The position numbers and the translations under genes are program-made. From an uncultured Gammaproteobacteria bacterium (GTDB taxonomy: Bacteria > Patescibacteriota > Patescibacteriia > Magasanikbacterales > GWA2-37-8), in NCBI GenBank assembly GCA_964596525.1, contig CAZQUL010000001.1, forward strand, positions 12,830-76,829: 64,000 nt of DNA, given 5' to 3'. Of this stretch, positions 18,827-27,284 are shown piece by piece. The notes below the pieces were generated by a model that was not told the DNA's origin, did not search any database, and was given only the letters and a program-made list of their open reading frames with translations. Every line of letters begins with the position of its first letter. The first letter of the stretch is position 1.

Positions 18827-19495
18827 CTACGGCAGACGCCATGGAACTACCTGTTCTTTAAATACGATATTTTGTTTTGACCACGGCCACCGACGGGCGC
18901 TTTCGTATACCAAAACGGCAGCGTTGGGCACGACCGATTCTTTTTTGTAGCGCTCAACCACGTCTTCGGGCGAGGTGTCGTGCAGGATTTTCTGAAGGAG
19001 TAGTAGCCAATTGCCATGAGTAACCACCAAGATACGCTGCCCCACGAAATCACGCCGCAGCATGTCGAGGAAGCTATGGATACGCAACTCCACATCGGGC
19101 CAATTTTCGCCACCAAGCGGACGGTAATGATAGAGCCCCTCCTGTTTCTTGCGGATTTCCTCGTGCGGGAAGAGCGTGCTAACCTGCTCGGCGGTAACAT
19201 TGTTCCAATAGCCGCGTTGTGCTTCGGCCAAGCGGGCATCGAGACGCGGTGTTATGCTAGGGTAAATGTACCGAAGCGTTTCGCGCGCCCGCGTGTAATA
19301 GGAAGCGAAATACGTATCGAACGCTCCGAAACGGGCACGCAGATACGCCCCGGTTTTTTCGGCTTGCTCCACGCCGTAGGGACTGAGCGGAAAAGCATGG
19401 TTAGGGATCGTAAGCAGCGCCCGCTCGTCGGGCGTACGAATATTTCCCTCGGACTCCGCATGGCGGACAAAGACGATGAGGCGCGGCCAGGACAT
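18827..19495 (-). CDS. Histidine phosphatase (phosphoglycerate mutase family)
   Basis: FVRHAESEGN, SYYTRARET, GGENW and LVVTHG motifs. Confidence 0.92.
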   Translation of the reverse strand: MSWPRLIVFVRHAESEGNIRTPDERALLTIPNHAFPLSPYGVEQAEKTGAYLRARFGAFDTYFASYYTRARETLRYIYPSITPRLDARLAEAQRGYWNNVTAEQVSTLFPHEEIRKKQEGLYHYRPLGGENWPDVELRIHSFLDMLRRDFVGQRILVVTHGNWLLLLQKILHDTSPEDVVERYKKESVVPNAAVLVYESARRWPWSKQNIVFKEQVVPWRLP

Positions 19496-19515
19496 AGAGG
19501 AGTTACTGAAAACTT

Positions 19516-20856
19516 TTACTCGATTCGAGCGGAGCGTTTTTGGCGGTCGTTGTCCATGTCTTCATGGTGTTCTACCAAACGCCGGAGCTTACGGAGCATC
19601 TCTTCGGTAATGTTATTACGGTCGTATTTTATACGATGCCCATCGCCGACATCGTAATCATAATCGGCAACATTCTTTTTGAAACGACCGGTTTTTCCAA
19701 AACGTTCGGCGTAATGATCAAAGATAGCGTGTTGAGTGGCGGTAAGGATATCAGAAGTATTCGCCATTACTTCTGGCGGAAGAACGACCTCGGAAAAAAG
19801 TCGGGAAAGCTTCTTGGCCCTGGTATTTCGAATCAGCTCAACGTCTTTCTCCCATTGCGCTCGATCAGATTCTTCTTGTGTCGCCAATTTTTCGGCGCGC
19901 GCAAAGCTGAGCTTGGCCACATCAACGGCTGGCGGCTGCACACGATCAAACATCGCAATACTCCTTTTCAGTTCGGCATTTGTTTCGGAGTGATCAATAC
20001 TTTTTCCGGCACTGCCCTGTCGCGGCAAAATTCCAGAAATATATTTTGGGTCAAGCGATCCTTTAATGGCAACTTCGGTGCCCATAGCGCCAAAATCTTC
20101 GATTTCCGAGAGCGGAATATCGATAACCACTACACCTTCTTGGCCATAACCACTCGCTTCGAAAGGATCGGTAGTGGCCGAAAGATACGGCGTAATTCCC
20201 CATTCGGCGCCGCTAATACCACCTAAGTGCTTAATCTGATTGAATACCAATTCTTTGCGCATGGTGACTCCACCAAGCACGGCCTGTTCTATTTCTTCGA
20301 GCTCAGCATCCAGTCGGCTCTGTTCTTCGGGTCGCAGGAGCGGACGCACTTTCTGTACGTACGCAACCAGATTCTCGTATGACGGTTCGTGGGTCAGCAC
20401 GTTGACTTCATGACGTACGGCTTCAAGCTTAGTGGGTTTATCAAGCCGGCCGTTCTTAACATTCTGACTACGCATGGCGTATGGAATCTGGTCGAGAAGC
20501 GATTCATCCAGATGATTGATGCCCCGATAAAGGCGGATGGTCGGCTCTTTTCCCTCGGTCGCCGCGGCTTCTTTGGTGAAGATAATGGCTTCTTTGAAAT
20601 CTCGGTTATTAGACGCGACATGAACCTCGGACTTAAAACCCGCTTTATCGAAAACCTCTACTATCTGCTTGGATGCGCGAGAATACTCGCCGGGTGCACG
20701 AGAGGAACGTCGATCAACGGATGGTTTTTCGTCTTCGACGATCTCGGCGAACTCCGTCAAATCCGGTAAAGCATCGATTTCCGAAGCGCTCAACGGGCGA
20801 GCAGGATGTTCGCCACTCTTACCTGAGTAGAACGAGGAAGCGGACTCTCTTCGCAT
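19516..20856 (-). CDS. Hypothetical protein with a putative R-S-E ADP-ribosyltransferase domain
   Basis: IRLYRG...PYLSATTDPFEASGYG...VVVIDIP...TEVAIKGSLDPKYI motif order; start reset to MRRESA. Confidence 0.65.
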   Translation of the reverse strand: MRRESASSFYSGKSGEHPARPLSASEIDALPDLTEFAEIVEDEKPSVDRRSSRAPGEYSRASKQIVEVFDKAGFKSEVHVASNNRDFKEAIIFTKEAAATEGKEPTIRLYRGINHLDESLLDQIPYAMRSQNVKNGRLDKPTKLEAVRHEVNVLTHEPSYENLVAYVQKVRPLLRPEEQSRLDAELEEIEQAVLGGVTMRKELVFNQIKHLGGISGAEWGITPYLSATTDPFEASGYGQEGVVVIDIPLSEIEDFGAMGTEVAIKGSLDPKYISGILPRQGSAGKSIDHSETNAELKRSIAMFDRVQPPAVDVAKLSFARAEKLATQEESDRAQWEKDVELIRNTRAKKLSRLFSEVVLPPEVMANTSDILTATQHAIFDHYAERFGKTGRFKKNVADYDYDVGDGHRIKYDRNNITEEMLRKLRRLVEHHEDMDNDRQKRSARIE

Positions 20857-20926
20857 AGTGCACAAATAAAGAATAAAGACCTTTTTTGCTGCGTAGTATA
20901 TCAGACTCCGGAGCGTAAATTCGATG

Positions 20927-21679
20927 CTAAGATTTTTCATCCTTCAACCGAACAGCCGAAGCTTCGGTAGTAACAGCTTTTTTAAGGAAGATGGTGGAGA
21001 AATAATTTACGGTGTAACGCCAGGCAGTCACGAGGTAGCCTTCTTTTTTAAGACGGCGGGCCGACGAAGCGATCGGCAGCTTGAAGGTGAAAATCACGTC
21101 ACCATACTTGTGTAGGCGGCGGGCGATGTCGGCATCCTCACCGTAAAAATTGAAGCGCGTATCAAAGCCGCCGGCAGCGCGCAAAGCGCTCGCCCGGACA
21201 ACGAAGTTGCCGCCCTGCACGAGCGAGCCCACGCGAAATACGAAACGATTAATAAGATACATGACAAATCCGGCACCGTAAAAAAATCTCACCAGGATAT
21301 TTCCCCTTGATGACAAATCATAATAACGGAACGGGCCGCTGAGCACAGCAAGACGAGGACGGGTAGAAAAAAAATCGAGGACTGTAACAAGCCAGGATTC
21401 GGTAACGCGCGTGTCGGCATCGATGTTAGCGATAAGCTCGCCCGTGGCACGGGCAAAACCAGCCTGGCGCGCGCGAGCCAATCCTTTTTCTGGTTCATCG
21501 ACCAAAACAACATCGGGAAACGACTGGATGATAGCGCGCGTACCATCAGTACTCGCATTGTTGACGACGATAACCTCAATAGCAAACGCACCCGAACGCT
21601 TGAGTTTTAGCACAGCTTCGAGGCACGGACGCAGATACTTTTCTTCGTTGTAGGCCGGAATGACAAAGCTTACTTTCAT
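20927..21679 (-). CDS. Glycosyltransferase family 2
   Basis: SFVIPAYNEE, VVNNASTDGT, IDAD and YGEDAD motifs; start MKVSFV at 21679. Confidence 0.93.
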   Translation of the reverse strand: MKVSFVIPAYNEEKYLRPCLEAVLKLKRSGAFAIEVIVVNNASTDGTRAIIQSFPDVVLVDEPEKGLARARQAGFARATGELIANIDADTRVTESWLVTVLDFFSTRPRLAVLSGPFRYYDLSSRGNILVRFFYGAGFVMYLINRFVFRVGSLVQGGNFVVRASALRAAGGFDTRFNFYGEDADIARRLHKYGDVIFTFKLPIASSARRLKKEGYLVTAWRYTVNYFSTIFLKKAVTTEASAVRLKDEKS

Positions 21680-21748
21680 ACAAGAACACCAAAAGTATAC
21701 AGACCTAGAAATACCATACCACCGCCGAAACGTCCAGAAAAAGCGAAT

Positions 21749-21786
21749 AAAAAAAACTCGCCTGCAGCATGCTGCCCACAGGCGAA
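21749..21786 (-). terminator. Rho-independent terminator closing the large GC-rich transcript
   Basis: ttcgcctg...caggcgag followed by T8 on the minus strand. Confidence 0.8.
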
Positions 21787-22643
21787 TGGATGCTCGACGT
21801 GAGCGTCCGCATCTCCAGGCATCCGGGCCGGAGAGCGGTAGGCGCACGAAGCGCGCTGGCGATTCCGGGGCAGGAAAGCCTCGGGGCCAGCGGCCGTCTC
21901 AGTCACGTCGTTGTTCGCGCCGCGCCCGACTCAGAAAGGGTCACTTCCCGGGTCGAAGCCGCTGCGCCATCGATCAGCCCCAGCCGAAGTTGCAGCCGCA
22001 GTGCCGCCCGACGCGCGAGCCCTGGTAGGCTCCCCCGCTCAGACGGAAGGTTGCAGCATGCGTCGCCGCGCCGGCAAAGTCGCGTAGTTCCGCGCTCGCC
22101 GCGTTGGCTAGACTGGTTGCGCACCTGGCGAGGGGCTGGCCCCATGCGCGTCAGGTCGCTCATCAAAGAAGGCATCAGATGATGTGATGTGTCGTTGCGT
22201 TGAGGCCCGTTGTGGGCCACACCTACATGAAGCCGCTTTGCGACTGTGACCGTCGCGGGCGGCGCCGTTGCCGGCCCTGCGTCATCGTCATGTCTTTCCT
22301 CCTTTCCTGGTCTGCGCCGTTGATGGCGAGCGCCGTCCCCTGTCCCGCGTCGCTGTGCGGGCAGAGGCCAGTCCGCCGCGCTGGCCCGAGGCAGCCCCTC
22401 AGGGCTCCTGGCCGCGCCGCGCGCGCTGCCTACTTGAACGGTTGGTTCCACGCTGCAGAAGAGTAAAAGTCCTCCCTTCACGTGAAACCGTCATCATCGA
22501 CGTGAGACGTCAGATGACAGTCCATGCTACCTCCTTTCTTTGGGACCGGTTGTTTTGATGAGACCTTCTGTTGTTGTTCGTTGGTAACCCTAGGGACAAG
22601 CTGGCCAAAGGCCGCTTTTCGACGCGCGGGTCTGTCGCGCCGA
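21749..22643 (-). ncRNA. Candidate large (~0.9 kb) GC-rich structured RNA carrying SD-led micro-ORFs
   Basis: Bounded by a consensus promoter and a terminator; many GC hairpins; no credible long CDS; micro-ORFs at 22478-22525 and 22223-22291. Confidence 0.55.
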
Positions 22644-22649
22644 CTCATA

Positions 22650-22678
22650 AATATACACGCTCCGATGAATGCTGTCAA
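22650..22678 (-). promoter_or_regulatory. Sigma70-type promoter
   Basis: TTGACA-17 nt-TATATT with an extended -10 TG. Confidence 0.75.
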
Positions 22679-22998
22679 TATCTGATATCCACAGGTTATT
22701 AAGATGGCATGACATGCAGTCTACCATCGAAGCAAACGTGCGCGTGCAGACGATAGCGGCGCATCGGTTGTGGTTACTGCAAATGCGCACCGTTTATAAT
22801 CATTACACAAAAATTTTGCACGAGAAATAGAAAAATTTTTTTGAAAAATGCTATAATAAACGGGGAATCACACGCAGTGCACGCTGCTGACGTTGCGTAC
22901 GCTGTACCTATTTGTAAAACTTTGCTATCATACGCGGCGCCACGCTCTCTAAAAATTAGAGAAAAAAATCTCATCAAGTTATCAACAGTTTTTCTTTC

Positions 22999-23027
22999 TT
23001 GACCCACGTTGCACTCACCCGTACAAT
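22999..23027 (+). promoter_or_regulatory. Sigma70-type promoter
   Basis: TTGACC-17 nt-TACAAT. Confidence 0.7.
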
Positions 23028-23033
23028 GAGTAA

Positions 23034-23236
23034 TAATTTTCACCCTTCTGGCGCGGCAGCGTCGAGGCTATCCTTACTGCGGTGTCTCGCTGATCTATTT
23101 CCTCTCTCCACCCACGAAATCCTTGCGGTTTCATGGGTTTGGTCAACTAGCCGTCGCACCATATCGGATCTTCAATGCTGTCCGCACCAGAGTGGTGAAT
23201 CAAAAAACAATCCCGCACATCGGGACTGTTTTTATT
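23034..23236 (+). ncRNA. Rod-shaped small RNA, 6S RNA-like
   Basis: TTCACC(23039)...GGTGAA(23199) closes a long imperfect duplex with internal bubbles; own promoter and terminator (aaaacaatcccg-cacat-cgggactgttttt). Confidence 0.6.
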
Positions 23237-23248
23237 TCAAGAAAAATA

Positions 23249-24505
23249 TTAGCGTTTGAGCATATCGGCCACAATGCTCAGGCCGTAGCGGACCAGGGCG
23301 GTAATATTGCGCCAGCGGACAATAATGGAAAGCAGACTGCGGTGGCGGTCTTTGCTGTCGCAAAATTGATATAGGAATGTTTCTTTCTCGCGCGAAATAA
23401 GATCGAAAAGAAGGCTGAAGGTACGATTGGTTTTCATACGATCCCACAAGAAGCGGTACCAGACCTGCTTACGGAAATACGTCATGAGGCCGTTGTAGCC
23501 TTGGATATGTGGGTAAAATTCGTGCAGCGCATCGCTTTCACCGGCTAGATGGCGCGGTATGAGCTCGCCTGCAACCTTGCCTGAAACAAGCGCTCCTTTG
23601 ATGCCATCGGCTGCGAAGGCACCGCAAAGACCAGCGGCGTCGCCTACCAGAAGCACGTGTCGGTTAAAAACGTTCCTGAGCGGACCGCCGATAGGAATAA
23701 GATGGCCAAAGCCGACGACCGGCTTGGTTTTATCACCATCGATGCGGATCATCTTTTTTGCCAGTAAAAGATCGATGAACTCATCGAGCTTTTTAATATC
23801 TTTAATGTCCTTTTCGAGTTTGGCCAAGCCAAGTCGGAACGCTTTCTTGCCCTTAATGATAGTAGGCGAAAGCCAGCCGCCGTAGCCAAGCGAGAATTCG
23901 CCGAACCAGAAATGGTAGATAGTTGATTCGGGGTGATCGCCGAGTAAAATATCGCCGTAAAAAACTTTTTCAAAGCCAGCCAGAAAGCGTTTGTTAAGAG
24001 AGAGTCCGGGAGTCTGACGTGCTACGGTGGAATGAGAACCGTCGGCACCAACAATGAAGCGAGCACGAATTTCTTTTTTCTGGCCCTCGTGCAGATAGGT
24101 GACTTTTACGGGATATGCCTCCCCTTCTTCGATGGCATAGCTTACGAAACCGGCACCAAGTAACAATTCGACGTTTTTGGGAACGTGCCGGGCGACATGT
24201 GCCAGCAGTTCCGGCGTGTCAGTAGAATATATCCAGGGTTTGTCGGTATGCGAGAAGAAGGAACGCTCGAAGCTTGGATCGATAACGCCGATCGTCGTGA
24301 TGCGGTTTGGGATATACGGATCACTCGTTACAAAGGTATCGAGAATTTTTTTGGTATGTTCGGTAATAAGGCCGGTACTTTCGATGGCGGTGGATAACGT
24401 TTTTTTACGGTCGAGAACAGTAACCGAAAAATGCGGCGGCAGATGATAGGCCGCAGCTAAACCGGAAAAACTGGCTCCCACGATGAGTACGTCGCAAGTG
24501 GACAT
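23249..24505 (-). CDS. Geranylgeranyl-reductase-family FAD-dependent oxidoreductase
   Basis: DVLIVGASFSGLAAA, IVGADGSHS, GYGGW and LLVGDAAG...ADGI motifs. Confidence 0.85.
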   Translation of the reverse strand: MSTCDVLIVGASFSGLAAAYHLPPHFSVTVLDRKKTLSTAIESTGLITEHTKKILDTFVTSDPYIPNRITTIGVIDPSFERSFFSHTDKPWIYSTDTPELLAHVARHVPKNVELLLGAGFVSYAIEEGEAYPVKVTYLHEGQKKEIRARFIVGADGSHSTVARQTPGLSLNKRFLAGFEKVFYGDILLGDHPESTIYHFWFGEFSLGYGGWLSPTIIKGKKAFRLGLAKLEKDIKDIKKLDEFIDLLLAKKMIRIDGDKTKPVVGFGHLIPIGGPLRNVFNRHVLLVGDAAGLCGAFAADGIKGALVSGKVAGELIPRHLAGESDALHEFYPHIQGYNGLMTYFRKQVWYRFLWDRMKTNRTFSLLFDLISREKETFLYQFCDSKDRHRSLLSIIVRWRNITALVRYGLSIVADMLKR

Positions 24506-24652
24506 AGTATGCGCGAATAAAAAAATGTAGGCGCGCGGTGAACTACCATGTAAACATAGTTACGTAACGAGCGCAATGGTTTGGCCTGGATAAAAAACAA
24601 GTGCCGTGACAGGCAACAAGTGACACCTCAAAAACAACGTATGGGTGAGAGC

Positions 24653-25600
24653 TTATTTGACCACAACAAACGCCCCGTACAGAAGCTTAATAAGTCTTTC
24701 TTCCTGGTCTTTGTTTTGGATTTGCACGCGCCGCCAGTCGTACAGATGAGTGATGCCCGGTTTTTTACCTGAATAAATACTAACTGCACCGGTGAAACCC
24801 GCTTCGCGCGCCGCATCTATGACCGCCGCATTAAAGCTGCCGAAAGGATAGGCCAAGGAAACTACTGTAATACCCAACTTCTTCTCTAGATCTTTTTTAC
24901 TTTCCTCCAGCTGAAAACGCACTTCGCTTAGCGTAATTTTCGTGAGCTGCTTATGATTGACCGTATGCGCGCCGATTTCTACCAGGCCGCTTGCAATCAT
25001 TTCTTTCATCATCGCCCAGGTGACATTGCCGTTTTTGCCGATATCCTGGTTGATAACAAAAAGCGTAGCAGGAACGCGATATTTCTTGAGGAGTGGAAAA
25101 ACGTTAGTATAAAAACTACGGTAGCCATCATCAAACGTGAGCACTAACGTTCGGTTAGGCAGGGACCCGGTCGTGCTGGCATGCTCAAAGACATCTTTAA
25201 GGGCAAGAAAAGAGTATCCTTCATTTTGAAGAAAACGGATCTGCCGCTCGAGATTGGCTGGGGTAACGGTATAGCGGATCTGGCGCGGGCGAGCGGCTTG
25301 GGCATCAATATGATGGTACATGAGAATGCCGAACGGTATTTCGGCAAAGCGCGACGAAGAGGGACTGGCGGCAGTTGGAGCAATAGGGGCAGTCACATCC
25401 TGAAACGGAATAGAGCAGGCACTTCCGCGGACGCAAAAACCGTCCTGAGGACGAGGCGGTGCGGTAACAGGAAAAACGCGGCTTGGCACGACGACCGGCG
25501 GCAAGGTTGCCGCATATGCCAAAATGAGGCTGAGGATAAAAAATCCGGCGACAGCGAGCGGATGACGAATAATTTTATACACAACACGGGGCATGGACAT
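24653..25600 (-). CDS. Polysaccharide deacetylase (NodB/CE4), membrane anchored
   Basis: ILMYHHI, LTFDDGY, IGAHTVNH and AYPFG motifs; N-terminal TM helix. Confidence 0.92.
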   Translation of the reverse strand: MSMPRVVYKIIRHPLAVAGFFILSLILAYAATLPPVVVPSRVFPVTAPPRPQDGFCVRGSACSIPFQDVTAPIAPTAASPSSSRFAEIPFGILMYHHIDAQAARPRQIRYTVTPANLERQIRFLQNEGYSFLALKDVFEHASTTGSLPNRTLVLTFDDGYRSFYTNVFPLLKKYRVPATLFVINQDIGKNGNVTWAMMKEMIASGLVEIGAHTVNHKQLTKITLSEVRFQLEESKKDLEKKLGITVVSLAYPFGSFNAAVIDAAREAGFTGAVSIYSGKKPGITHLYDWRRVQIQNKDQEERLIKLLYGAFVVVK

Positions 25601-25680
25601 AGTGTATATAAAAACTATCCGGCGAGCCATGCCATAGTTAATAAAAGCCGCCCACAAGGAACGGCTTAGAAGCTGTTTTT

Positions 25681-26055
25681 TTAGGCGCGAAAGACGATCT
25701 GGCCTGTACCGGCGACGTAGAATCGCCGGACCTTGTCGAGGTCCATGTCGCGGCCGCTGACGCGCAAGGCGTTGTAATTGGTGGCAACGCCGGCGATGTA
25801 GTCGGGAAGATCGCCCTCATTATCCCGGTAGTCGCACAAGACTCCTATGGTGTAGCCGTCATAGATGACGACCATGCCATTAACAATGGCGAAGGCTGCC
25901 TTGATGACGCCGGGCAGGATCTGGATCCGAACGTCTGCAAAAATATCGTGGACTTGCAGCGCGATTGGACGCGACATGTCGAGATCACGGCCGTGCTCGC
26001 CGCAATTGATCGACAGATGAATCGGCAACTTACTTTCGAACAATGTCCGCGGCAT
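25681..26055 (-). CDS. Hypothetical protein
   Basis: 124 aa; SD GAGGGGG; TTGACG promoter near 26153. Confidence 0.65.
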   Translation of the reverse strand: MPRTLFESKLPIHLSINCGEHGRDLDMSRPIALQVHDIFADVRIQILPGVIKAAFAIVNGMVVIYDGYTIGVLCDYRDNEGDLPDYIAGVATNYNALRVSGRDMDLDKVRRFYVAGTGQIVFRA

Positions 26056-26242
26056 TCTCGACCCCCTCAGGTATTCATCGGGTTGAAGTCCACACCAGAA
26101 GATGCTCTAGTGTAGAACAGAAAACAGTAACGCATTCCTGTGCTTGGCGTCAAATTTTTGGCCTGACAGGTTTGACAAACATTGTACGGCGGATGTATAT
26201 TTGCCTGTTCCTCGAACGTGAGGAAACACTGAGGAGGGGCCG

Positions 26243-27229
26243 ATGTACGAACATCTTGTGAGCCGTTTCAACCTTCAGCCGGGTGACTACGAATTGTGGC
26301 AGCGGTGGGAACGTACCCGCAGTCAGGGAGTCAGCTGGCGGGATTACCTAAGCGTCCTTTGCACACCTGAAGTAAGGAATCCGTTCAAGGCTTTGGCGAT
26401 TATCGCACTTCTCACACCACGCAGCGCCCACATGTTTGCGCTCCACGAGCTCGACCTCACCTTGCTTTCGGCTGATGCACTGCAGTTCTTTGCGTACCAA
26501 CTCGAAAAATTCACAAAGAGCCAGGCGCTCGGCGGTACCCGGCGGCGTTACAACGATCTCATCATCAAGACACTCGAAGTCCTGGGTGAGACCGAAGAAC
26601 AGGCCGTCGCGCTCTTCCGGCTGTTTTCGATCGTCGACCCGATGGACAAGCAGGGAACGCCGGAGTACTACGGCTATCGACCACTCGGGAACCTGTGGAT
26701 TTCGGGAGTTCCGGAATTCTGGAAGCGCGAAGCCGACCGACGCATGCGCGACCGGATCGCGAGCGAAGCCCAGACGCCCAACGACGTACCGGGCGTACGA
26801 TCTCTTCTCAGCTCTTTTGCCGAAGAAATCGAGCGCGCGCACGAACAGAAAGGTCGGCCCTACAGCGGGCACCTCCTCGAGCGGCAGCTTAATACCATTA
26901 TTTTCGAGCAGCCGCAGCGTATCATCCATGGCTATAACCCGTTCCGATCAAGTCATGTATGGTACCTGCTCAGGAACCTTGGTTACTCGCGCATGGCGAA
27001 AAGCCTGATCAAGTTCGTGCGCAGCTCCGAGCGTGGTGATACGGCGTTCAAAGTGCGCGATGACGCAAGCCTGCGAAGCGCTGAGAAGATGGTGGATGTT
27101 CTAAAGGATGATACCGAGGTGGCAGAGGAAATCCGGGACATGATCCGCACCTACACTAGTTCTCCCGAAGTTAGAGAACGCGAACACGCAATGCAAGAGT
27201 CCGAGCTCGCTTTCCACGCTCTGTGCTAG
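26243..27229 (+). CDS. Hypothetical helical protein
   Basis: 328 aa; TTGACA promoter near 26172, SD GAGGAGG, terminator near 27237-27270. Confidence 0.75.
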   Translation: MYEHLVSRFNLQPGDYELWQRWERTRSQGVSWRDYLSVLCTPEVRNPFKALAIIALLTPRSAHMFALHELDLTLLSADALQFFAYQLEKFTKSQALGGTRRRYNDLIIKTLEVLGETEEQAVALFRLFSIVDPMDKQGTPEYYGYRPLGNLWISGVPEFWKREADRRMRDRIASEAQTPNDVPGVRSLLSSFAEEIERAHEQKGRPYSGHLLERQLNTIIFEQPQRIIHGYNPFRSSHVWYLLRNLGYSRMAKSLIKFVRSSERGDTAFKVRDDASLRSAEKMVDVLKDDTEVAEEIRDMIRTYTSSPEVREREHAMQESELAFHALC

Positions 27230-27284
27230 CACACACAAAAACCAGTCCGGTCGGGCCGCACTGGTTTTTATAATTACTGTCGTT

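Noticed and set aside
21903-22481. 192-aa minus-strand ORF whose GTG overlaps the micro-ORF stop (GTGA), plus overlapping short ORFs
   Set aside because: The Arg/Ala/Gly/Pro-rich composition is what GC-rich non-coding DNA gives, there are no motifs, and the internal strong SD points to another frame. It is not fully excluded.
21749-22643. tmRNA, RNase P RNA or group II intron identity for the large RNA
   Set aside because: No tRNA-like ends, no GAGGAAAGTCC/P4 signature and no domain V or GTGCG 5' end were recognised.
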